This document shows, piece after piece, positions 32,741 to 41,759 of a stretch of 64,000 bases of DNA. The first letter of the stretch is position 1. Every line of letters starts with the position of its first letter. The stretch is taken from NCBI GenBank assembly GCA_963833125.1, contig CAWHWX010000016.1, positions 256,001 through 320,000 on the forward strand, written 5' to 3'. A program made the position numbers and the translations under genes. The stretch comes from Candidatus Bathyarchaeota archaeon. Lineage in GTDB: Archaea > Thermoproteota > Bathyarchaeia > 40CM-2-53-6. The notes under the pieces were generated by a model. The model saw only the letters and a list, made by a program, of their open reading frames with translations. It was not told the origin of the DNA and made no database searches.

Positions 32741-33916
32741 TTAACCAACCAGTTTGTACTTTCGGCCTCGCCATTCGATCTCGTTCATTCGGGCCGACTT
32801 GATTATGCAGTACGTCATAATCCATGGGACAATAAGGCTTGCTATCGAATCAGCCATTCGATTCTTCTCGAACTTTTGGGCATACTCCGGCATTGCTCGT
32901 TTGAACGTGGTGATTCTTTGGCTACTCCTAAAGATCCCTACGATCGATGGAGCGAACAGGAGTGCACTAGGAATGAACCAATTTGGAGAGGAGAGTACTC
33001 CAGCGGCGAGGCAACCGAGAGCGAGTATCATGAGTATTGAGAAGAAAGCATAGGCTGCGAATCCATACCGCCATAGTGCGTGGTTGAATGCTTTCGTCAG
33101 GGCTATTTGGCGTGTGGCCCAATTGAAGAAACTACGACCTGTGGCTCGGTTGTGGGTAGCCACTGTACATTGAGGAAGGAAGATTGTTCCATAACCGTGC
33201 TTCTTCAGGGCTGAGTTCAGTGACAAATCGTCGCTGATCGCATCCTTCCACACCGTTTGTATGTCAATCGCGTTCAACGTTTCAGTGCGAATCGCCATTG
33301 CTCCACCCCAAGGGAAGTTGTAGCGTTCGTTGAACATCAGATTCGTGCCCGCCGCATTCCACGCCGACTCTACATGCGACCAGAATCCGCCTCGCAAAGG
33401 GAAGTACCACCGAAAACCCGTGGTTGCCCCTACTGAATCATCCGCTAGGGGAGCCACCAGATCTGCCAACCATCCCCGTGGAATGGAGGCATCACTATCG
33501 ACAAACGCGAAGGCTTCACTTGTTTTAGCGTCTTTTTCGATTGCTGTTAAGAGTGCGGCGACCTTTCCGCTGGCATTTGGGTAGTCGTTGGAATTGTACA
33601 GTTGAGCGTCTTCGCCTGCATGGCGGCTTAGAATTGCGTTAATGATCGAATACGCAGGGTCCTCCACGTTATCAGTCACTACGATCGTCCGATAGTTCGG
33701 ATAGTCTTGGTTGAGTATTGCTTCTACGTGCTTCTCTAACTCGGGTTCATCACCCTTGCACGCCATCACAATACAAGTCCGAAGAGTAAACCTGGGACAG
33801 GGCTTGTTGAGTGTGATGGCGACCTGATCGTCGAATTTGACTCCAAGATAATGGGAATAGGCTGATGCGAGAACTGCCACAATGCCAAAGAAGACTAGCA
33901 GATCATACGCAATCAT
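32741..33916 (-). CDS. GT2-family membrane glycosyltransferase (ceramide glucosyltransferase/HpnI-like)
   Basis: N-terminal TM, SGK...L, FVDSD, G.TTGFRWY, WGGAMA, SDD, W..RQ, I.WRG..Y. Confidence 0.88.
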   Translation of the reverse strand: MIAYDLLVFFGIVAVLASAYSHYLGVKFDDQVAITLNKPCPRFTLRTCIVMACKGDEPELEKHVEAILNQDYPNYRTIVVTDNVEDPAYSIINAILSRHAGEDAQLYNSNDYPNASGKVAALLTAIEKDAKTSEAFAFVDSDASIPRGWLADLVAPLADDSVGATTGFRWYFPLRGGFWSHVESAWNAAGTNLMFNERYNFPWGGAMAIRTETLNAIDIQTVWKDAISDDLSLNSALKKHGYGTIFLPQCTVATHNRATGRSFFNWATRQIALTKAFNHALWRYGFAAYAFFSILMILALGCLAAGVLSSPNWFIPSALLFAPSIVGIFRSSQRITTFKRAMPEYAQKFEKNRMADSIASLIVPWIMTYCIIKSARMNEIEWRGRKYKLVG

Positions 33917-33962
33917 ATCGAGAGTCAGGAGCCTTCCACGCGGTAAGATTGATCTGCGTGAA

Positions 33963-34157
33963 CTAAGCTTCGATGACTTCGCATCGAATTTGCTTTAGCA
34001 TTTCTGCTGCTTTTTGAGGGTCAACTTTGATCGTATATAGATGATGCGTTGTTCGGAGCTTCAATCTTACAATGTCCTGAAGTCGTTTTACTCGGCACTC
34101 GGTTGCGCGTTCTGAAATCTTCACAAATTCTTCCGTGTCGCTAATTTCTCTTGGCAC
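33963..34157 (-). CDS. rpl38e: 50S ribosomal protein L38e
   Basis: MPREI.D..EF......A....VK......KLRT...LYT. Confidence 0.88.
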   Translation of the reverse strand: MPREISDTEEFVKISERATECRVKRLQDIVRLKLRTTHHLYTIKVDPQKAAEMLKQIRCEVIEA

Positions 34158-34214
34158 TGTGCTCTGACCGTCCGCCGCGTAAGAACTATTGGGAAATATA
34201 AACCTGAACCATCG

Positions 34215-35072
34215 TCAGCGGGAGAATACAAGCAATTCTTCGTCGTAACGTCTTCCCTCGACAATTGATCCAGGCGGCTTCTTGTCGATCCTCCTACTTG
34301 CTAGAAGTTCACGAAGCTTGTCATCCGCTTCTTGGCGTGAGAGGGTCGCATTTGTAAGTAGGGTTAGGGGTATGTCTACCGCAAGTGGCCGGGAAGGTAT
34401 TACATGGCGCGTCACTTTATGCGGTAATAGCCGGCCTTCCAGGCCGAAGTCGCGTATCTCTTCTTTCCTAAAGACCGGCATTGCGATGGCGAGGTTCGCT
34501 TTGTCAGATTTGAGCAGCTGCATTGCATTAGCCTCGGATAGATAGCTAACGTCGTGGCCGCCTTTCACAAGTTGTTCCTCTAGAGCAGTCGCTGTTCGGC
34601 AGCGTTCAATGGAGTCTGTGGGCGAGGGTAGGGAAAATATGGTTCCATCTTTGGTTAGGATAATCGATTCGGCATCATAATCTATGGTGGCTGCATCAAC
34701 CTTCCGCTTAGAATAATTCAAATTCATTTTCGAAAGCAAGTTCTCGGCAACAGATACGGGTTCGTTTACTGTGAAGAGTCTGAACCAAGAGCCAACTTTG
34801 ATTTGAGGACTGCTATAGTCGAGCAGGCAACAAGGAGCAAAACGGCAGCCGAGTCGCTTTAGGGCATTGAATCGGTGCATTCCGTCGAGGATTAGGAAGT
34901 CGCCTTGATCTACAATGAGTGGATCGTGAACCTCCGCATCCACCCTGATCTCTTTAGAGAGTCTCTGCACAACTTCCTCAATTACTTCCTCGTGGGGTTT
35001 CAGTTCTTCAATCCCAATCATCGATAGGCGGAGTTTCAAAGTTGAAGAACTGATTTCCAATCCCTTCTTCAC
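34215..35072 (-). CDS. ParB/Srx-fold protein, ADP-dependent serine kinase SerK-like
   Basis: LKPHEEV, ILDGMHR..AL..LG, LDY....IKV..W, K.TRH parallel Thermococcus SerK motifs. Confidence 0.7.
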   Translation of the reverse strand: MKKGLEISSSTLKLRLSMIGIEELKPHEEVIEEVVQRLSKEIRVDAEVHDPLIVDQGDFLILDGMHRFNALKRLGCRFAPCCLLDYSSPQIKVGSWFRLFTVNEPVSVAENLLSKMNLNYSKRKVDAATIDYDAESIILTKDGTIFSLPSPTDSIERCRTATALEEQLVKGGHDVSYLSEANAMQLLKSDKANLAIAMPVFRKEEIRDFGLEGRLLPHKVTRHVIPSRPLAVDIPLTLLTNATLSRQEADDKLRELLASRRIDKKPPGSIVEGRRYDEELLVFSR

Positions 35073-35135
35073 TTGAGGGGGCTGGTGACTCGGCCTCTAA
35101 GGCTTACTGGTGGATATTCCCGATGAAAAGGGGGA

Positions 35136-35157
35136 GGTTCGGTCGTTCGATCGAACC
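35136..35157 (-). terminator. Hairpin plus pyrimidine tract after DUF5679 gene
   Basis: Minus strand GGTTCGATC-GAAC-GACCGAACC (one mismatch) followed by TCCCCCTTTTC. Confidence 0.35.
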
Positions 35158-35206
35158 GACTGATGGGAAATAGTGGACCGGTCTTACACGCGGCGTAAGG
35201 GGTGCA

Positions 35207-35353
35207 CTACTTCGTGAATTTCGTCATCTTCGTGCCGCAAGTTGGACAAGTCGCACGCATCATGTTGCGGCCCTTAGCGGTCTTCTCCATCGTAGTCTGA
35301 TCGTCAGGTACAGTTTTCTTCTCTTTACACTTTACACAAAACATTTCAGCCAA
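35207..35353 (-). CDS. DUF5679-like basic zinc-ribbon microprotein (48 aa), not in ORF track
   Basis: TTG start after GGGAGGG; MAEMFCVKCKEKKTVPDDQTTMEKTAKGRNMMRATCPTCGTKMTKFTK. Confidence 0.85.
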   Translation of the reverse strand: MAEMFCVKCKEKKTVPDDQTTMEKTAKGRNMMRATCPTCGTKMTKFTK

Positions 35354-35553
35354 TGAACATTCCCTCCCCTTTCTGAATCGAGTTAAGTTTAGCGGATGTT
35401 CAACCCATAAAAGCCTTGCTAGAGAACCTAAACCCGCGATATTTCACGCGAAATAGACAAACAGCATATCAAGAATAGGTTATTTCGGCGTGAGAATTGA
35501 CGAAAACGATTAGACCATATGGAAGGGATGAGAGTGGCGTTTGGGTGTAATGG

Positions 35554-36494
35554 TTGTCTGCGCGTAAACTGATCTCAATTATTGGTACAGGTAAGTTAGG
35601 GAGTGCTGTGGCACTACAAGTCGCTCAAAGAGAGCTCGGCGATCTAAGACTCGTCGATATAATTCAGGGGCTTCCGCAGGGCGAAGCGCTTGACTTAGGG
35701 CAAATGGTGGCAGAGCAAGGAACCGATCTCGACATTGTCGGATCGAACGATTACAAAGACATCGCAGGTTCGGATGTTGTTGTCGTGATCGGTGGTCTAG
35801 GAAGGAAACCGGGCATGACTCGCCTCGATTTGCAGGAAAAGAATGAGAGTATAATTCGAGACATTTGCGAGAAGATTCGGGAGTATGCACCAAAAACGCT
35901 TGTGTTGATGGTTACGAACCCGCTTGACGTTATGACCTATTTGGCGTGGAAAGTTACGGGGTTCGAACCAGCTCGAGTGTTCGGACAGAGTGGGATGCTT
36001 GATACTATGCGGTTCAAGTACTTCATCGCGAAAGCATTGGGAGTGTCGACCAGCTCCATTCGATGCGGTTGTGATCGGTGAACATGGAGACTCGATGGTA
36101 CCCCTTCCCCGATTCTCAACCGTGAACGGTGCGCCGATTACTGAATTGCTTTCTCAGGCTCAAGTAAACGAGGCCATCGAACGGACTAGAAAGATCGCCG
36201 CAGAAGTCATAGCGCTCAAAGGGGCGACAATTTTCGCTCCGGCGCACGGCATTGCTAGGATGGTTGAGAGTGTGATCAAAGACAAGAAGATGGTGCTCTG
36301 CGTTACGGCTCACTTGAACGGCGAGTATGGCCTAAAGGATGTGTATGTGGATGTTCCAGCGGTTCTTGGTGTGCGAGGCGTTGAACAGCGTGATTGAACT
36401 AAAATTGAATAGTGAAGAGAGAGCGGCTTTCATGAAGTCTGTTGACGTTGTGAAAGCTGCCTGCGGCCACCTAAAGACCGTCACCGTTTCCTGA
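35554..36494 (+). CDS. mdh: Malate dehydrogenase, LDH-like (two frameshifts, ~36060 and ~36389)
   Basis: IIGTGKLG, RKPGMTRLDL (MDH Arg), VTNPLD, LD..R, IGEHGDSM. Confidence 0.93.
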
Positions 36495-37271
36495 TTAATG
36501 AGCGGCTCTTGCCCTAGCCACGCGATTTGCTATCTGTGCGGCAACAACTCCTGCGGCTACGCCTGAGTCAATATTGACTACCGCGAGGCCTAGAGAGCAA
36601 GCCTGCAACATGGCCATCAATGCTGCTTCACCCTGGCCGCCATAACCATAACCCGAGGAGGCTGGGACAGCAATCAAAGGCAGGTCAATCAGACCCGCGA
36701 CGACGGTGGGCAGTGCACCTTCGCGGCCTGCAATAACGACTAGACAATCCACATCACTCTCCAGCATCCTCTTCAAGGGTTCTACTAGTCGGTGTATTCC
36801 AGCCACTCCGGCGTCAGCCTCCAAGAACGTTTGACATCCCATCTCCTGCGCAATCATCACCGCCTCCTCAGCTACCGCCAAGTCCACGGTACCCGCCGTT
36901 AGGACACCTACTCGGCCACCGGTCTGTCGGCCTTCAAAGTTCTTCGTACGAACTACGAGAGACTTAGCATGTGAGAAAATCTGCAGTTGATGAGCGTTGA
37001 ACTGTTTCTTTAATTCGTCGAGTTGTTGATCGTTCAGCCGCGTCGTGACTACACGGCCATTCTTCTCAAGCATCCTCTTGCAAATGAGAAGAAGATCCTC
37101 ATTGCTTTTTCCTTCTGCGAAGATTATTTCCGGAACGTTGCGTCTCGTCTCCCTACCAATATCGAGCTTCGCCACGTTGGCTACATTCTCTATAACATTC
37201 ATCTTCAACTCTTTCTCTGCTTCGTCAACCGAGATCTTGCCCTTGGCAAGTTTTTCGAGAGTTTCACGCAA
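36495..37271 (-). CDS. larB: Nickel-pincer cofactor biosynthesis protein LarB
   Basis: D..R..R..VPE.IF.EGK, AGT.D..VAEEA, DAGVAGIHRL, AG.EGALP, VVNID. Confidence 0.93.
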   Translation of the reverse strand: MRETLEKLAKGKISVDEAEKELKMNVIENVANVAKLDIGRETRRNVPEIIFAEGKSNEDLLLICKRMLEKNGRVVTTRLNDQQLDELKKQFNAHQLQIFSHAKSLVVRTKNFEGRQTGGRVGVLTAGTVDLAVAEEAVMIAQEMGCQTFLEADAGVAGIHRLVEPLKRMLESDVDCLVVIAGREGALPTVVAGLIDLPLIAVPASSGYGYGGQGEAALMAMLQACSLGLAVVNIDSGVAAGVVAAQIANRVARARAAH

Positions 37272-37304
37272 GAATTTTCGCCAATTAGGAAATGCCTAAG
37301 TACC

Positions 37305-38213
37305 ATGAGCAACGTGACCTCTCATAAAATGTTAACAGAAGAGCGCCCGAAAGAACTTCTTTTGCCCGAAGGCTCGGAAATTACGCCGGAGCTCTACGCC
37401 AAGGCAACGCGTGTTCTGGATGAATTAAGGACGTACCGAAAGGTTATGGTTGCGTTTTCGGGGGGAGTCGACAGCAGCCTCGTAGCACTTATTGCCACTG
37501 TGGCATCACAGGAGAATGCAATCGCCGTCACAGCAGATTCGCCAAGCCTGCCAACCTCTGAACTTAGGGAGGCGAAGGAACTCGCCCTACGAATCGGAAT
37601 CAAACACATCGTAGTCAGAACGGATGAATTGCAGGATCCTAACTACTTAGCTAATCCCGTGAACCGTTGTTATTTCTGCAAGAAAGAGTTAGGGGAGAAA
37701 CTCCTAGAATTGGCGAAAGAACTCGGAGGATACACAATCGTTGACGGGACGAATGCGGAAGATTTGAAGGGCCACAGGCCGGGAGCTGTGGCGCTTTCTG
37801 AGAAAGGAATACGAAGACCACTTGCGGAGGCAGGATTGATGAAGGATGAAGTCAGGCAGTTAGCCAAGGTTCTCGGTTTACCTAATCATGACAAGCCCTC
37901 AATGCCATGTTTGTCCTCGCGAGTGGCTTACGGTGAAATAATTACGCCCGAAAGATTGCTGAGAATCGAGCGAGCAGAGAGCTTGATTCGCTCGTTAACT
38001 GGCGTTAGGGAACTGCGGGTGCGAGATCACGGCAGTGTTGCCAGGATTGAGGTTGGCGTTGGTGAAAGAAGTCTGTTCTTTGATGAGGAACTTCTAGATA
38101 GAATTTCGGACGCCCTTCGCGAATTAGGGTATGTGCACGTGGCGTTGGACATGTCCGGTTATCGTTCGGGGAGTATGAATGGGAGTTCATCCTCCATGCG
38201 CGATCGGAAGTAA
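37305..38213 (+). CDS. larE: ATP-dependent sulfur transferase LarE
   Basis: PP-loop AFSGGVDS, RCYFCK, DGTN..D....RPG, PCLSSR, RVRDHG..ARIE, GYRSGSMN. Confidence 0.93.
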   Translation: MSNVTSHKMLTEERPKELLLPEGSEITPELYAKATRVLDELRTYRKVMVAFSGGVDSSLVALIATVASQENAIAVTADSPSLPTSELREAKELALRIGIKHIVVRTDELQDPNYLANPVNRCYFCKKELGEKLLELAKELGGYTIVDGTNAEDLKGHRPGAVALSEKGIRRPLAEAGLMKDEVRQLAKVLGLPNHDKPSMPCLSSRVAYGEIITPERLLRIERAESLIRSLTGVRELRVRDHGSVARIEVGVGERSLFFDEELLDRISDALRELGYVHVALDMSGYRSGSMNGSSSSMRDRK

Positions 38214-38480
38214 AGCCAGCTCGTCGCCAACCTTTAGCCTAGTTTCCAAACCGTCCAGCGAGTTTATCTCACGTCCTGAAACCATTATCAACGCGTTAGG
38301 GCGCGGATCCAGTGTTTCTCCGTCGAGAACGAGATGCTTCAACTCGCTAAGTTCCGGTCTAGTTGCTATGTCCGCTATCGCAACCCGCACAGTCGGTTCG
38401 CCGTCAGCAAGGTTGAGTTCAACCTTCTCCGACCCAGCAGCTGATCTGAAGACTCCATAGAGTCTGAGTGAAACCTTCAA
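38187..38480 (-). CDS. MoaD/ThiS/SAMP ubiquitin-like sulfur carrier
   Basis: Beta-grasp pattern, C-terminal LLPIAHGG. Confidence 0.9.
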   Translation of the reverse strand: MKVSLRLYGVFRSAAGSEKVELNLADGEPTVRVAIADIATRPELSELKHLVLDGETLDPRPNALIMVSGREINSLDGLETRLKVGDELALLPIAHGG

Positions 38481-38492
38481 GGCTCTTCGAAC

Positions 38493-38512
38493 TTCCAGTC
38501 GAAACAGGAGGG
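38493..38512 (+). promoter_or_regulatory. ORB-like (Orc1/Cdc6 recognition box) motif
   Basis: TTCCAGTCGAAACAGGAGGG matches TTCCA-N3-GAAAC plus G-string; only one copy seen. Confidence 0.35.
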
Positions 38513-38701
38513 TGGCGTGTAACTAGGCCTAAAGTGGTTCTTTGAGAGGGCAGGAATGAGCCGAGGGCTGCTCTGCATTGTGAAATCATCTTTGCGACAA
38601 GAATTAGGTCAAAGACATGCTGAGGTTTAACATGTAATGCTTACTTAATGTTATTAATTGTGCAGAATAGGCGACTCCTATCACTGTGAAGTTGGTTTAC
38701 G

Positions 38702-41512
38702 ATGCGAAAGACTAGACTCTGTGCAATGATTATTGGGATTTCTCTAATCGCCTTAGTCGTTTCCGCAGTTCCCGCAACTGCCCAAATGGGTGTGTGGCGC
38801 GACATCAACCCAGACGCATACATCAGCCCACCCGCCAATCCGCAACTGAATTCCGTCTACATGTTTTCAGCCGCAGAAGGATGGGCAGTCGGCGATTCGA
38901 GACCCACCACTAACCAGACGACGGCTTTGCCGGCGATATACCACTACGACGGGTCCACCTGGAATCTGGTACCTGCTCCAAAAATCCAGGACTTCCCGGC
39001 TACCCAGGCACCCTACAACTTGACATCAGTCTCTTTTGGGCCTCCAGGGAACTTCATCAGCAAAAATGATGGATGGGCCGTCGGCTACAACAACTTACTC
39101 CCAGTGTACGGCGGACCACCGCCCTCAGCTTTGGCTCTTCACTGGGACGGCATCACTTGGAGGAGTCAGTTAGCGGGATTATCCGGACCGAATGCTGGAC
39201 CCCTTTGGTCTGACTTCATGGTTAGTAGCACTGATGTTTGGGCTGTGGGTCAGGATCCATCTGGGACTCATGGGGTATTTTGGCATTGGACCGGTACCGC
39301 TGGGTTAGGTGGAGGTTGGAATATGCCGCAAGCGCTTGTTCCATGTCCAGGTGTTACGGCAGGAAACTGCGGCATCTATTCAGTTTTCATGGTGAGTCCT
39401 ACTGAGGGATGGGCAGTTGGTGCAGGGGGAGCAATCTTTCACTATTTTGGTGGAGCGTGGAATACATTCACCTCACCGGTAGCTAACTGTCCTAATCCGG
39501 CTCCAGCTTGTACTCCTCTAAGATCGGTCTTCATGATCTCGCCAACGGAAGGGTGGGCGGTTGGTGATGGTGGCATCATAATTCATTACTCCAGTGGGAT
39601 TTGGTCAGGCCCTGTCAGCCCTGGAACAACATCGAATAATCTGTTTTCAGTCTTCATGGTCAGTTCGACCGAAGGCTGGGCATTCGGTGCGAAAGGGTCG
39701 ATCCTCCATTACTCGGGTGGGGCTTGGACGCTTCTTTCATCAAATCTGGTTCCTACGTCTCCGGTATCGTTGCTGAACTTCAACTCAGGTTTCTTTAATT
39801 CAGCGAATGACGGTTGGGTTGTTGGAACAGATGGCGTCATCGTTCACTTCGACGGCGTCAATTACGGCACCGTTACAAGTCCGACAATAAACAACTTCAC
39901 TTCGATTTCATTCGGACCGCCCTTAACTGGTCCAATAAATCCATCTGATGGTTGGGCTGTTGGCAACTCGTCGGTCACGGATGGCGTGACACCGAATGAA
40001 CCAACAATCTTCCATTGGAACGGATTCGCCTGGACGAAAGGCGTCGCAATAGGTACAACGAATAATCTCAATTCAGTGTTCAAGGTGAACACTGGGGATG
40101 TATGGGCAGTCGGTGGCGGGCCACACCCAACGGCTTCATGCAGTAGTGCATTGTGCCCCATTATACTCCATTTCACTGGTGGATCGTGGAATACAATAAC
40201 GCCTCCTCCCGGGTCGTATACCTTGAAATCGGTTTTCATGGTTAGTTCAAACGAGGGTTGGGCCGTCGGAGAGCAGGTCGCTTCACCTTATCCGACAGAA
40301 ATAATTCTGCACTACACGGTTACCGGCGGTGTAGGAACATGGGCGATATTTCCGGCCCCCTCAAGTCCTTCTCCTTTACAGGGTTTGAATTCTGTGTTCA
40401 TGCTGAATCAGAATGAAGGGTGGGCGGTTGGTGACAATGCAACAATCATTCACTACACAGTTAGCGGGGGCGTCGGGACTTGGAATTTGGTCGCAGTGAG
40501 TGGTTCTCCGACTCTTTCCTTGGACGCGAATTTGACATCAATATTCATGCTCTCTCCCACCAGCGGTTGGGCTGTTGGAGGAATTCAGGCAGCGGGATCA
40601 TTTTCCGCTGGGCCGGTCATAATCTACTGGGACGGAACTAAATGGGAACCTGTCGCCGTACCGAGCATACCTGGTGGTATTTCACCAACAGGTCATACGA
40701 GCGCGACTCTGAAGTCGGTATTCTTTTCCGCGCCGAAAGATGGTTGGGCTGTCGGGTTTCCAGGTAAACTAGTCGCGACGATATTGCACTGGGACGGGTT
40801 CTCTTGGGAACATGTTACACTTTCACCAGCCCTCTTAGGACAGGTCCCACCAATCCTAACGTCAGTCTACATGACCAGCGAGACGGACGGTTGGATAGTC
40901 GGTGGAAGCCCTGACTTCAACTTCTGTTCCGATGTTAGACCGTTGCCCACTAGTAATTGTTACTTCAGCCAAACAGCGCCGATTGGACCATTCGGCTATA
41001 AGACGCCGCTTTCAACAATGTTGAGGTTCTCGCCGTTCGGTGGGATATTCTCGACAACTTCGACTTCCATCGTTGTGTCAACTGTTTCGACCCAAACTAC
41101 AGCACTTACTACGACCATATCGTCGACTACTACTCCAGTTTGCCCGCCGAACGTCACTTTGACTGTCAAAGTTGTTGACAACCAAGGCAATCCATTGTCA
41201 GGTGTTAATGTTGTGCTTACGCCTGTAGCTTTCACGCCATGCCTGCCGGGTCCGGTGCAGGGCGTTACTAACTCGCAAGGGCTCGTTACTTTCACGGTTC
41301 CACCAGGAACATACACGGTTTCGCTCAGCAAGAATGGGGTCACGTCGACTCAGACAATCACGGTCACGTCGAGCGGTGGACAAGTGTTTACACTAACCCT
41401 CAACGTTACTCCCGGAGGAATGATACCCGGCTTCCCGCTTGAATCAATCATAGCGGGGGTCATTGTTGGGGTGGGTACGCTTGTGTTCCTTCGCCGGAGG
41501 CGTACACGTTGA
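38702..41512 (+). CDS. Secreted 14-repeat beta-propeller surface protein with S/T linker, beta-sandwich domain and PGF-CTERM-like anchor
   Basis: Signal peptide; 14 W(A/V/I)(V/F)G repeats; V.VVD..GNPL.G..V domain; IPGFPLES-TM-RRRR. Confidence 0.85.
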   Translation: MRKTRLCAMIIGISLIALVVSAVPATAQMGVWRDINPDAYISPPANPQLNSVYMFSAAEGWAVGDSRPTTNQTTALPAIYHYDGSTWNLVPAPKIQDFPATQAPYNLTSVSFGPPGNFISKNDGWAVGYNNLLPVYGGPPPSALALHWDGITWRSQLAGLSGPNAGPLWSDFMVSSTDVWAVGQDPSGTHGVFWHWTGTAGLGGGWNMPQALVPCPGVTAGNCGIYSVFMVSPTEGWAVGAGGAIFHYFGGAWNTFTSPVANCPNPAPACTPLRSVFMISPTEGWAVGDGGIIIHYSSGIWSGPVSPGTTSNNLFSVFMVSSTEGWAFGAKGSILHYSGGAWTLLSSNLVPTSPVSLLNFNSGFFNSANDGWVVGTDGVIVHFDGVNYGTVTSPTINNFTSISFGPPLTGPINPSDGWAVGNSSVTDGVTPNEPTIFHWNGFAWTKGVAIGTTNNLNSVFKVNTGDVWAVGGGPHPTASCSSALCPIILHFTGGSWNTITPPPGSYTLKSVFMVSSNEGWAVGEQVASPYPTEIILHYTVTGGVGTWAIFPAPSSPSPLQGLNSVFMLNQNEGWAVGDNATIIHYTVSGGVGTWNLVAVSGSPTLSLDANLTSIFMLSPTSGWAVGGIQAAGSFSAGPVIIYWDGTKWEPVAVPSIPGGISPTGHTSATLKSVFFSAPKDGWAVGFPGKLVATILHWDGFSWEHVTLSPALLGQVPPILTSVYMTSETDGWIVGGSPDFNFCSDVRPLPTSNCYFSQTAPIGPFGYKTPLSTMLRFSPFGGIFSTTSTSIVVSTVSTQTTALTTTISSTTTPVCPPNVTLTVKVVDNQGNPLSGVNVVLTPVAFTPCLPGPVQGVTNSQGLVTFTVPPGTYTVSLSKNGVTSTQTITVTSSGGQVFTLTLNVTPGGMIPGFPLESIIAGVIVGVGTLVFLRRRRTR

Positions 41513-41547
41513 CTGAGCAGTTCTCTCTATCCAACCGCAGATCACGG

Positions 41548-41685
41548 ATGGCAAACATAACCGCAACCCTTCCCATACAGCTTCTCGATAAGATGGACGA
41601 CCTGATCGACAAGGACAAGGTACCTTCGCGTTCTTTCGTGATTCGTGAGGCTGTAAGGCGGTACCTTAAGGAGTTGGAGAAATGA
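41548..41685 (+). CDS. CopG/RHH transcriptional regulator (45 aa), not in ORF track
   Basis: MANITATLPIQLLDKMDDLIDKDKVPSRSFVIREAVRRYLKELEK, classic ribbon-helix-helix. Confidence 0.85.
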   Translation: MANITATLPIQLLDKMDDLIDKDKVPSRSFVIREAVRRYLKELEK

Positions 41686-41759
41686 ACGTTCTGTGTTTGT
41701 GTTGCACAAAACAACACTTATATGGGGAACCGGAAGGGAATAGGAGTTAGCGATTACGC

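Noticed and set aside
34215-35072. ParB chromosome-partition protein
   Set aside because: No HTH and no parA neighbour; motifs fit SerK better
35117-35169. Possible C/D-box sRNA (GATGA...CTGA with TTCCC/GGGAA ends)
   Set aside because: No proper kink-turn bulge or C'/D' boxes; reads better as the terminator hairpin of the minus-strand microprotein
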